Shown: positions 38,788-47,340, counted from the stretch's first letter. The stretch is 64,000 bases of DNA from an uncultured Sphaerochaeta sp. (GCA_963666015.1 OY762555.1:3375607-3439606); one strand, 5' to 3'. Notes: generated by a model not told the origin, from the letters alone. Numbers and translations are program-made.

Positions 38788-39591
38788 CTAACTGCTGGCA
38801 GCCACTGTCTTGAGGAACTTTCTGAAGAAGAATGCAATCATCATGGTACCCAGAATCATGACAAAGGTGAGTGCGTTTATCACTGGGGATACACCATAGC
38901 GGATCATTGAGTAGACATACAGGGGTAATGTTCCTGAACCAGGACCCGAGACAAAAAAGGTGATGACAAAGTCCTCAAGTGACATGGTTATGCACATCAG
39001 GAATCCTGAGAGTACTGCAGGTATGATGGAAGGAATAATAACCTTGAGCAGAGTCTGCCGCTCATTGGCTCCCAAGTCACGTGCAGCTTCCAGGGTGGAG
39101 TAGTCAAACTCATCCAAGCGTGCACTCACCAACATGAATACAAAGGGAAGGTTGAAGGTGGTATGTGCAACAAAGATGGTAAATAAGCCGAGACGAATCT
39201 TCACCGCAGAGAAGAAAATCAACATGGAAATACCGATGATTACCTCAGGGAGGACCATGGGAAGGTAACTGACTGTGGTAATGTAGCTTCTTCCTTTGAA
39301 TCGGTACCATTTGATGCCGATGGCTGCCAGGCTTCCAAGCACTGTAGCAGATATGGAGCTGGTGAGCGCTATGATAAGACTATTCCTGAACGCAGCCCAA
39401 AGCGATGGGCTTTCATAGATAAGAGTCTTGTACCAGATAAGGCTAGCACTCTCCCACTGCATTCCTTTAACGCTGTTGAAGGAGAAGAATACCACGACAA
39501 ACAGTGGGATGAAAAGGAAGACAATGACCAAGGACAGCATGGTATAGGAGAAAGAAAAGTTGGTTCTGGAGGTATTTCTTTGATGACTCAT
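38788..39591 (-). CDS. potC: polyamine (spermidine/putrescine-type) ABC transporter permease
   Basis: EAA loop LEAARDLGANERQTLLKVIIP, 6 TM segments. ATGA overlap with potB. Confidence 0.8.
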   Translation of the reverse strand: MSHQRNTSRTNFSFSYTMLSLVIVFLFIPLFVVVFFSFNSVKGMQWESASLIWYKTLIYESPSLWAAFRNSLIIALTSSISATVLGSLAAIGIKWYRFKGRSYITTVSYLPMVLPEVIIGISMLIFFSAVKIRLGLFTIFVAHTTFNLPFVFMLVSARLDEFDYSTLEAARDLGANERQTLLKVIIPSIIPAVLSGFLMCITMSLEDFVITFFVSGPGSGTLPLYVYSMIRYGVSPVINALTFVMILGTMMIAFFFRKFLKTVAASS

Positions 39592-40514
39592 CTCTTCCCC
39601 CGTTGGCTATGGTGCAGCTTGATGTTCTGCTCAAGCGCCTGTTGATTGCTCTTCTTCTGATGTTGTTCTCTTTTGCCACTGTACAACATCCAGAATACTC
39701 CAATCAGGGAGATTAGGGTCAGTACCATGGAGAAGGCAGAGGCAAGAGGCCAGTTCCTGGTCTTGGAGACTTGGTCGACGATGATGTTTCCGATCATGGT
39801 GGAGTCCTTGCCACCTACCAATAGTGGCACGGTGTAGGCACCAAAGATAGGAATAAAGGTAAAGATAAAGGCAGTACTCACTCCGCTCTTGATGTTGGGA
39901 ATCATGACTTTGATGATCGACTCCAACTTAGTTGCCCCCAAGTCCCTGGCTGCATCGAGCAAGGCAAAGTCGAACTTGTCTATGGTCGTGAAGAGCGGAA
40001 GAATCGCAAAGGGAAGGTACATGTAGATCAGGACAACAATAACTGCCTGGTTGTTGTAAATCAGGGAGAGGCTCTGGTCAATCAGACCAAGGTTCTTCAG
40101 AAGCGAGTTAAGAAATCCTTCACTCGATAGTATGGAGATCCAGGCATAGATGCGGATCAGGGAGTTGGTCCAGAAGGGTATGATGATCAAGAACAGGAGG
40201 AAGGTCTGATGTTTGCTCTTTGCCATCGCATAGCCACAGGGTAGGGCAATGAGAAGACAGAGCAATGTTGAGACAATACTGATCCACATCGTCCTGAGCA
40301 GTACCTTGGCAAAGCTTGGGTTGAACATCTGCTGGTAGGCAGAGAGAGAAAACTCCCACTCAACACCTCCATAGAGACCCCGTTTGAGGAAACTGTAGAG
40401 TATGATGATACTGATGGGAATCGTGAAGAAAAGTGTGAACCAGAGCCCCATGGGAGCGCTATAGAGCGTTCCTAGCAATCGCTCTCGTTCCCTTGGTTTG
40501 AGAATTCGTTTCAT
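39588..40514 (-). CDS. potB: polyamine ABC transporter permease
   Basis: EAA loop LDAARDLGATKLESIIKVMIP. Start taken at MKRILKPRE (codon 23 of the listed ORF), overlapping the potA stop. Confidence 0.8.
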   Translation of the reverse strand: MKRILKPRERERLLGTLYSAPMGLWFTLFFTIPISIIILYSFLKRGLYGGVEWEFSLSAYQQMFNPSFAKVLLRTMWISIVSTLLCLLIALPCGYAMAKSKHQTFLLFLIIIPFWTNSLIRIYAWISILSSEGFLNSLLKNLGLIDQSLSLIYNNQAVIVVLIYMYLPFAILPLFTTIDKFDFALLDAARDLGATKLESIIKVMIPNIKSGVSTAFIFTFIPIFGAYTVPLLVGGKDSTMIGNIIVDQVSKTRNWPLASAFSMVLTLISLIGVFWMLYSGKREQHQKKSNQQALEQNIKLHHSQRGKR

Positions 40515-41641
40515 TGCTCCGTGTCCTTTACTAGGTAGCCGTCGTTTGCACTCCAGCTTACATAGACCGTATCCTTCCACTGGATCTCAGGACCTTCTTC
40601 CAAGAATACTGTATGTTGCTTGAATACTTTCACCAGTGTGTCAGGTTCCTTTTCCAATTTGACAAAGAATTTCGATTGGAATCCTGAATAGATGGGTTCT
40701 TCCACTATTCCCTTGAAGGTGTTCATGGTTGTACTGTTGCTTCGTGGAGGATTGGGCGAAATCCTGATTTTCTCTGGACGGACGGTAAAGTCGAGCAAAG
40801 AGCCAACTTCCTGGGCTTCGGAATCAGTCACATACACTTCACCTTGCAGCTGAGGTACCTCAACGCGTAGGAGGTATTCTTCTCCTTGTGGTTCACAGGA
40901 GCGTACAGTACAGGGGAATATATTGGACTCCCCGATGAAGCTGGCAACAAATCTGGTTGCTGGAGCTTCATAGATTTCATAAGGCGTCCCTATCTGCAGT
41001 ACCTTGCCCTTATTCATGACTGCAATACGATCGGAAACTGAAAGAGCTTCACTCTGGTCATGAGTTACATAAATAAATGTTATGCCGACTTTGTCATGGA
41101 TGAGGTCGAGTTCCACCAACAGGTTCTGTCTCAGTTTTGCATCGAGGGCAGAGAGTGGTTCATCAAGCAGGAGTACCGCTGGTTCATTGATCAGGGCACG
41201 TGCAATGGCTACTCGTTGTTTTTGCCCTCCACTGAGCATGGAAGGTTTCTTGTAAATATGTTCTTCCAGTTGTACTAGTTTTACATATTCCATGACTTTC
41301 TGTTCCACGGTTGCCTTATCGGTACGACGAAGTCGCAACGGGAAAGCGATATTCTCGTAGACTGTGAGATGAGGGAACAATGCATAGGTCTGGAAGACGG
41401 TATTTGCCTGACGTTTCTCAGGGGGGAGGGGGAGGATGTCCTTGTTGTCGAAGGCAACGCTTCCCGAGTCCGGATAATCGAATCCAGCGATAATCCTCAG
41501 CAGTGTGGTCTTGCCACAACCAGAAGGACCCAACAGCGAGAAGAATTCTCCCCTCTTGATTTGTACGCTTACATCATCAAGAGCCTTGAAATCACCATAG
41601 GAACGGGATACCCGTTGAGCAGTTACTTCAACACCTTTCAA
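40511..41641 (-). CDS. potA: polyamine ABC transporter ATP-binding protein
   Basis: Walker A GPSGCGKTT, signature LSGGQKQRVAIARAL, Walker B LLLDEPLSALD, and a C-terminal TOBE-like domain. TTG start. Confidence 0.85.
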   Translation of the reverse strand: MKGVEVTAQRVSRSYGDFKALDDVSVQIKRGEFFSLLGPSGCGKTTLLRIIAGFDYPDSGSVAFDNKDILPLPPEKRQANTVFQTYALFPHLTVYENIAFPLRLRRTDKATVEQKVMEYVKLVQLEEHIYKKPSMLSGGQKQRVAIARALINEPAVLLLDEPLSALDAKLRQNLLVELDLIHDKVGITFIYVTHDQSEALSVSDRIAVMNKGKVLQIGTPYEIYEAPATRFVASFIGESNIFPCTVRSCEPQGEEYLLRVEVPQLQGEVYVTDSEAQEVGSLLDFTVRPEKIRISPNPPRSNSTTMNTFKGIVEEPIYSGFQSKFFVKLEKEPDTLVKVFKQHTVFLEEGPEIQWKDTVYVSWSANDGYLVKDTEQ

Positions 41642-41719
41642 TCTTTTCCATTTCCTCCACTCGTTTCAGGCATAGAATTTCCAAAAGAGGTGTTTTGGAG
41701 CCTTCACGATGGTAATGCG

Positions 41720-41748
41720 AATATCGAATATTTACCCCCCACTGTCAA
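41720..41748 (-). promoter_or_regulatory. candidate promoter of potABC
   Basis: On the minus strand: TTGACA (41748-41743), 17 nt, GATATT (41725-41720). Confidence 0.4.
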
Positions 41749-41809
41749 GCATTCATCCGATAAAATTTCAATGAATTTGTATATTCATACCTTAAAGGAA
41801 AGAGAGTTC

Positions 41810-42001
41810 TTAACGCTGGAAATCTATTCGTACAACCTCACCGGTTCTGGGGTCTTTTCTGTATACTGCTGGGCCTTCCTCGTCATAGCCATACCAGATG
41901 AGCCGAGAGAAACGTAGAAGGTCCTGTTCCTTCGGTGGATCGAAGACTCTGCAATAATCAAAGCGAAATGTGGTTTGTACGCGCAAATCATAGCCCAGCA
42001 T
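41810..42001 (-). CDS. small hypothetical protein (63 aa)
   Basis: AGGAGGAG lies 5 nt upstream of the ATG. No family recognised. Confidence 0.4.
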   Translation of the reverse strand: MLGYDLRVQTTFRFDYCRVFDPPKEQDLLRFSRLIWYGYDEEGPAVYRKDPRTGEVVRIDFQR

Positions 42002-42169
42002 ACAACTCCTCCTAAGGCCTCAATCACCGTCCTATGATTGAGGCGATTGTGTCATAAGCGTAGATGAGCATTGGTGACTCGTCAAGGGTATTGGAGCAAC
42101 AGAGAGGATATTCGTGTTTGGTAGTGTCTCTTCTATGATTGTTTTGCTTGCAGGTGTGGCTTAGGCAGG

Positions 42170-42205
42170 AAAAAAAATACAGTACCGACCAAAAATGATC
42201 GGCAC
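42170..42205 (-). terminator. orphaned terminator downstream of the displaced tRNA-Arg 3' half
   Basis: On the minus strand: GTGCCGA, a 10-nt loop, TCGGTAC, tgta, then TTTTTTTT. It starts 11 nt after the orphan tRNA 3' segment. Confidence 0.4.
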
Positions 42206-42215
42206 CAAAACTCTA

Positions 42216-42260
42216 TTACGCCAAAGAGGTCTCGAACCTCTGACCTACTGCTTAGAAGGC
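42216..42260. repeat. att-type direct repeat (distal copy): orphan 3' 45 nt of tRNA-Arg
   Basis: TTACGCCAAAGAGGTCTCGAACCTCTGACCTACTGCTTAGAAGGC is identical to 45505-45549. Confidence 0.9.
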
Positions 42261-42272
42261 CCAAAATTAGGT

Positions 42273-42298
42273 TTATCAACTGTTATCAGAGATTATCA
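42273..42298 (+). promoter_or_regulatory. three helically phased TTATCA repeats next to the distal att repeat
   Basis: TTATCA at 42273, 42283 and 42293, exactly 10 bp apart. A further TTATCA/CTATCA pair lies at 42347 and 42357. Confidence 0.35.
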
Positions 42299-42368
42299 TA
42301 AGATATTAATAAATAAAGAAATACATGCATTATAAAGCAAGTAGTTTTATCAGGAACTATCAGTGTTT

Positions 42369-42407
42369 CTACATCAATATTAGAGAGTATTAGGAAATTT
42401 GATGTAG
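42369..42407. promoter_or_regulatory. inverted pair of the 9-mer TTGATGTAG (candidate arm-type or operator site)
   Basis: CTACATCAA (42369-42377), 21 nt, TTGATGTAG (42399-42407). The same 9-mer recurs at the integrase end of the islet. Confidence 0.4.
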
Positions 42408-42586
42408 AATTGGTGTAGGCATATAGAAAAGGTATTCTGATTTGGAAAGTTGTATTTTTAAAATTAGAGAGATGAAATCTTTCAATATTTATGTATAGCT
42501 ATTATTATAGTCTAATGGGCTTCATTGTTGTAAAAACAATAAGAGATAACTGAATTGCTTTCTAGAATATTAAAGGAGATTTGAAA

Positions 42587-43282
42587 ATGGCAGAGTATAA
42601 ACCAGAGCTAGGCCAAAGCGGAAAGGATTGGGTAATCTCTTTAACTAGAGGTGGGCTTGGTGCTATTCCAGTTGTAGGTTCGATAATTGGAGAAATTGTT
42701 TGCAATTTGATTCCAAATCAAAGAATTGATAGGTTAGAAAAATATCTCAATTATCTAGAACAGAGTTTGTCTAGTGCTATTGAAAGATTTGATTCTTTTA
42801 GAAGGAATATTTCTAGTCCACAAGGTATAGAACTTTTTGAGGACTGTTTACTCTTAGCTGGTCGTGCTTCAACTGATATTAGAAAACAACGATTAGCAAG
42901 GCTAACCTTTTCAGGTTTGTCTTGTGATACATTTAATTACAGTGAAACCAAGAAAATGGTGAATTTGTATTCAGAACTTACAGATGAAGAATTAATAACG
43001 CTCGTTTATTATAGAGAAACTATATATCTAGAATCAGCTAGTAATCCAAGCGATTATCATAATCTCATGAGAAAAAAGTATCCAGAGATACTAGAACCAA
43101 TTTCAGCTTCGTTAGGACAAGATGAGGAAGTATATAGGCGAAAAGCATTACAAGATAGTTTTAGGGATACCTTAATACAAAAAGGTTTAGCAAAAAATGA
43201 TCGTAGTTTTTCAATTACACGACTAGGCAAGATTCTAGCTGAGTATATTTTTTTAGATGGCGAAGAAACTCATGATGAATGA
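42587..43282 (+). CDS. islet cargo protein A, hypothetical (about 231 aa)
   Basis: AAAGGAG lies 8 nt upstream of ATG 42587; the listed ORF starts at TTG 42581. It has an N-terminal small-residue hydrophobic segment GGLGAIPVVGSIIGEIVCNLIP, and the rest looks helical. No family recognised. Confidence 0.6.
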   Translation: MAEYKPELGQSGKDWVISLTRGGLGAIPVVGSIIGEIVCNLIPNQRIDRLEKYLNYLEQSLSSAIERFDSFRRNISSPQGIELFEDCLLLAGRASTDIRKQRLARLTFSGLSCDTFNYSETKKMVNLYSELTDEELITLVYYRETIYLESASNPSDYHNLMRKKYPEILEPISASLGQDEEVYRRKALQDSFRDTLIQKGLAKNDRSFSITRLGKILAEYIFLDGEETHDE

Positions 43283-43348
43283 AAATAGTGTTTGGGTCGG
43301 GAGCTGTGAATCCTAGGTCAATATTTGATCTAGGTGTGAAATTTCAAA

Positions 43349-43960
43349 TTAATTGAACTCAGATTCAATATCTTCATTGAAACTGTTTAAGTAGTTGAGA
43401 TAATCAAAGTTATTAAAAAAGGACTTGATCATATCATAAAGTATCAGATACTCATCGTAAAAAATCTTTATATTTATATGCATTAACTGATTATCAAGAT
43501 GATTATGACCCTTAATGTCGGTTCTGTATCTAAAAGTCTCACCATTATCATCTATGTCAATAATTTTTCGTATCGAATTGGGTATCTCTTTTTGGAATTT
43601 CTCTAGGTCAAGACGGATTTCTGGAATGGAACGAGAGTGGTCTTTTAACATATTGAATAGATTTATTAGGTTATGGCCTTTGAAGATAGCTTTTTTAACT
43701 AATTTCGTATCATCAAGACGAACAACTTCTCTTAAAGAAATTTTCAGTGCTATTTCAAGAGAATGCCGAGCATTGAAAACTATTGGATAAATTAGTGTGT
43801 CCGCAAGGGACCTGTCATCCGAAAGTACGGCTAAGCACAACCGCTTAGTAGCTTCTGAATACCCTTCAAAATAATTATAGTCTGATACTCTTCCGTTTGT
43901 ACCAACACAAGCGTTAAACGGCCAAAAACTTATATCACCCAAATCAATCAAATCTTTCAT
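43349..43960 (-). CDS. islet cargo protein B, hypothetical (203 aa)
   Basis: GAGGAG lies 9 nt upstream of the ATG. AT-rich codon usage. Contains R146-x5-H152 (RTDIKGH) and KGHNLINLF. No family confidently recognised. Confidence 0.6.
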   Translation of the reverse strand: MKDLIDLGDISFWPFNACVGTNGRVSDYNYFEGYSEATKRLCLAVLSDDRSLADTLIYPIVFNARHSLEIALKISLREVVRLDDTKLVKKAIFKGHNLINLFNMLKDHSRSIPEIRLDLEKFQKEIPNSIRKIIDIDDNGETFRYRTDIKGHNHLDNQLMHINIKIFYDEYLILYDMIKSFFNNFDYLNYLNSFNEDIESEFN

Positions 43961-44093
43961 ATTTCTAAACTCCTCGTAGATTATGAACTGAAAGAACCAT
44001 CAAAGTATATTACAGATATGGAACCTCTGGTTTATCTATTGCTCCATATCTGGCCGTTTAGGCTTTTTCAGGACTCTTTGGAGTCCTCCTAAT

Positions 44094-44124
44094 AAAGACA
44101 AAACCTTGGCTCAATAACCAAGGC
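44094..44124 (-). terminator. possible terminator downstream of the integrase
   Basis: On the minus strand: GCCTTGG-ttattga-GCCAAGG followed by TTTTGTCTTT. Confidence 0.35.
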
Positions 44125-44236
44125 TCTGAAAGAAAAATCTCTGAATACTTCTCTTCTGTTGTTATGTATATTTTGAGTGAGCTTGCTTACCAAAATCACC
44201 GAGTGTAGTGGAAACTTTGGCTCTTAACTATGATTG

Positions 44237-45387
44237 TCAGAAAAGCCCATCAAATGCATCCTCGTGTTCAAGGACTCTGCTATAACTATCCTTCAAAGAA
44301 GGGTGGTTATATCTCTCTGTCATGCTCTCTGAACTATGACCAGTTGTCTCCTGTAGAATCTCCAAGGGAAGAACATTCCTCAAAAGGGTATTGTAGGTAT
44401 GTCGAAAACTATGAATTACCAAATTCCTACCTTCACTCTTTATTTTTGCTTCCTCCAAGGCTTTCTGGAATCTGTTCTGCAGCGTCTTTCCCATGATTGG
44501 CCTGCTGCCATTCCTACCATAGAAAATCAAATCCTCTGGATCATTGAAAGGCGTACTCGCTTTCCAATATTCCAGAATCTCCTCTGCTCTCTGGCTCAAT
44601 ACCACAACTCTGCTTTTTCCTGTCTTGGTGCTCCCAGTGGAATCATCGTTCTTGATGGATTCTTCAATCAATAAACCATTTCGCTTCTTGTCCTCGATGA
44701 CATGTTTCCATTTCAAAGCTCTGGCTTCACCTCTTCTCATCCCTGTTGTTGCCAGGATAAAAAAGAAATATGCATACTCTTCTTCCCTCCAAATCTTCGT
44801 CAGCGCTTCGAGGTCGCTCGGGAACAGCTTCTTCAGCTCTGCTTGGGAAAATACATCTCTAGTCTTTGGCTGAACCGCTAGAGACTCAACAATGGAAAGA
44901 CAGTTGTAGGGAATAATACCTTCTCGCTCCGCTTCTCTGAGAACAGTTCGAAAGGCATAGAGAATATGATTCTTCGTCTGATTGGAAAGTTGCTCTCCAG
45001 TGATACCAGCCAGTTCTCAATCTCCACCCGATTCAATGAGGACAATGAACGCTTCCCAAACTGGGGTAGAATGTAATTAACAAGGTGGTCTCTTCGCAAC
45101 TTTGAATTGGTCTTGGAAAATCTCTTTCCTTTTGCCAGCTGACGTTTGATATACAAACATTCATCCCATACAAAGAACGTCTTCGTATAATCATTCAATG
45201 CACGGTCATTGGTGTCGTTCTGTACAAGAAACTTTTCTACCACAGCAACGGCTTCATGCTTCAGTGATTTGCCTGTGGATTTAGGTTTCCTCGTCCCATC
45301 CTCATCATAGTAGTAGAAGAACCAAACAACGCCTTTCTTGTTCTTGGCATCCTTGTAGCGCTTGAAAAGAGTGTATTCATGTCTCAT
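44237..45387 (-). pseudogene. tyrosine-type site-specific integrase, interrupted by a single frameshift
   Basis: Two ORFs (44878-45387 N-terminal; 44237-44740 catalytic, with RRGEARAL, HSFRHTYNTLL, GHSSESMTERYNH). My hand translation of the catalytic-domain frame stays open upstream to about 44985 (NQTKNHILYAFRTVLREAEREGII...), so one indel near 44983-44990 splits the gene. Confidence 0.8.
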
Positions 45388-45398
45388 GGTCTCTAGTT

Positions 45399-45419
45399 TT
45401 GATGTAGATTTTGATGTAA
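45399..45419. promoter_or_regulatory. direct pair of TTGATGTA(G/A) just upstream of the integrase start
   Basis: TTGATGTAG (45399-45407) and TTGATGTAA (45411-45419), 12-32 nt upstream of the integrase ATG on the minus strand. Confidence 0.4.
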
Positions 45420-45504
45420 GTCAAGGGTAGTTGAGTTGGTGTTAAAAAGAAAAGATACCAGCTATTTAGCCAGTATCTTCTTTCTTTATAGTAGTTTATT
45501 TCTT

Positions 45505-45579
<75 letters not shown>

Positions 45580-45787
45580 ATCGCTTACAGGTCTTACGTC
45601 CCTGAAACGAGCAAACAGTAACGCAAAAATAAAAAAAGGTAAAGATGGTTAGAAAAAATTGTTTAATGCATGAAATATAATCGTGTTCCATTATATTTTG
45701 GCTTGCCTAATGGGGGAAATCTATGTATACTTACTAATACCTAGTTAAAAACTAGGAAATAAACATACGATACATAGGAGGTATTTC

Positions 45788-46408
45788 ATGTTTAAGCAAG
45801 TTGAACTTTCCTACGGTTTTGATGCGTTGGAACCGCATATCGATGAATTAACCATGGTCACCCACTACACGAAACACCATGCCGGATATACAAAGAACCT
45901 TAATGCTGCGGTAGAGAAGGATCCAAGCCTGAAAGATCGCTCCATTGAAGACATACTCAAGAACCTCGATTCTATCTCCGACGAGAAGCTTAGAACCGCT
46001 GTGAGAAATAATGGGGGAGGGTATGCTAACCATAATCTCTATTTCTCAATACTCAGTCCATCTGCCGCTCATACGCCTAAAGGCTCGTTACTCGATAGAA
46101 TCAAGAAAGATTTTGGAAGCCTTGATGCTTTGAAAGAAACACTAAACAGCCAGGCAGCAGGAAGATTTGGTTCAGGCTGGGCGTTCCTTGTTGCACATTC
46201 TGACGGATCCCTGGAAGTAAAGAATACCCCGAACCAGGATACACCCTTGATGGACAAGAAGGGTGGGGTGCCCATTCTTGGCATTGATGTTTGGGAGCAT
46301 GCATACTACTTGAAATACAAGAACCTTAGGGCAGAATACCTGAACGCAATTTGGAATGTCCTTGATTGGGCAAAGGTAGAAGAAGACTACCTGAAACTCC
46401 TTTCATAG
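45788..46408 (+). CDS. Fe/Mn-family superoxide dismutase
   Basis: LEPHIDELTMVTHYTKHH, plus GIDVWEHAYYLKYKN metal-ligand motifs. AGGAGG RBS. Confidence 0.9.
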   Translation: MFKQVELSYGFDALEPHIDELTMVTHYTKHHAGYTKNLNAAVEKDPSLKDRSIEDILKNLDSISDEKLRTAVRNNGGGYANHNLYFSILSPSAAHTPKGSLLDRIKKDFGSLDALKETLNSQAAGRFGSGWAFLVAHSDGSLEVKNTPNQDTPLMDKKGGVPILGIDVWEHAYYLKYKNLRAEYLNAIWNVLDWAKVEEDYLKLLS

Positions 46409-46426
46409 ACGTATTGTACTCTCCAT

Positions 46427-46456
46427 GGCCCCCCTGAAATAGGGGGGCCGCTTTGT
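46427..46456 (+). terminator. terminator after the SOD gene
   Basis: GGCCCCCC-tgaaata-GGGGGGCC followed by GCTTTGTG, a weak T tract. Confidence 0.55.
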
Positions 46457-46602
46457 GATGGGCTCCGTCACCAGAAAGGTTCAGAGATATACAAAAGCAA
46501 AAATATGAATAATAGATAACGGTAAGATACAAATAGAGAGCGGAACAATACAAAAATATTAGTCTATCAGTACTTGATTATCGAATAGTAATTCAGTAAA
46601 AT

Positions 46603-47052
46603 ATGGCCATGATACAGAACGAGGACAAGGAGACCTATATGGATAACCACGATATACAGAAAAGACAAAGCATCGAGTACATGATCAAGAACTCTGACAT
46701 GTTCCTGGACGCAGACTATGAACGTCTCGCTTCACACATTGAGGGACACCGCTACTTTCTTGGAAAGAACCTTTCCATGCCAATTACCTGGGATGAGGCA
46801 ACCTACTCCTGGATGAGTAATATCTACCAGCCAATCAGCCAGGTCATGGAAAACTGGGCAACCCAGCTGAGTTTTCCTGGAAGAAGGAAAGCAGACCTCT
46901 TTTTCGAGATTTGTGACCATCAGTATTTCCTGAGCCTGAAACAGCAGAAGGAAGTCGATGTGTACAATGCTGCACTTGACTACGACATACAGTTTGGCAA
47001 GACCATCGGAAGGATCATTGCAAGGATTCTCTCTTCCAACAATGCGGCATAA
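46603..47052 (+). CDS. hypothetical protein, possibly DUF4032 family
   Basis: The HRYFLGKNLSMPITWDEATYSWMSNIYQP block resembles the DUF4032 core as I recall it. 149 aa. Confidence 0.45.
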   Translation: MAMIQNEDKETYMDNHDIQKRQSIEYMIKNSDMFLDADYERLASHIEGHRYFLGKNLSMPITWDEATYSWMSNIYQPISQVMENWATQLSFPGRRKADLFFEICDHQYFLSLKQQKEVDVYNAALDYDIQFGKTIGRIIARILSSNNAA

Positions 47053-47074
47053 AAGCCAGAAGCAAAATACATAG

Positions 47075-47106
47075 GGCATGCGGTCTAATGGCTGTATGCC
47101 TTTTTT
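47075..47106 (+). terminator. putative terminator
   Basis: GGCATgC...GtATGCC imperfect hairpin followed by TTTTTTAT. Confidence 0.45.
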
Positions 47107-47340
47107 ATGCCATTGTTGATCGACCAAACCTATACACATACCACAACATTCCTTTGATATGTTTTCCACTTGAGTAGGTGACCCCTTGCTGTAAGAGAAT
47201 AGCGCAAAATGAACACAGGAAACCTAGTAAGATGTTTAAAATTCAGTTTTGTCTAGGCCATGAACCTATGATAGGGTTAGCAAGGGAAGATTGAATATTA
47301 AATATGCATTCTCCCGATTCCTTATTACAAGGATGAGTAC

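Noticed and set aside
39588-40580. Listed GTG start of potB, which gives 22 extra residues overlapping the potA 3' end.
   Set aside because: The MKRILKPRE ATG (codon 23) overlaps the potA stop in the usual ATGA coupling, and the extension has no membrane-protein character.
42273-42298. TTATCA repeats as DnaA boxes or a replication origin.
   Set aside because: The hexamers do not extend to the TTATCCACA-type 9-mer. The context is an att-adjacent arm of an integrated islet, and no dnaA or dnaN gene is nearby.
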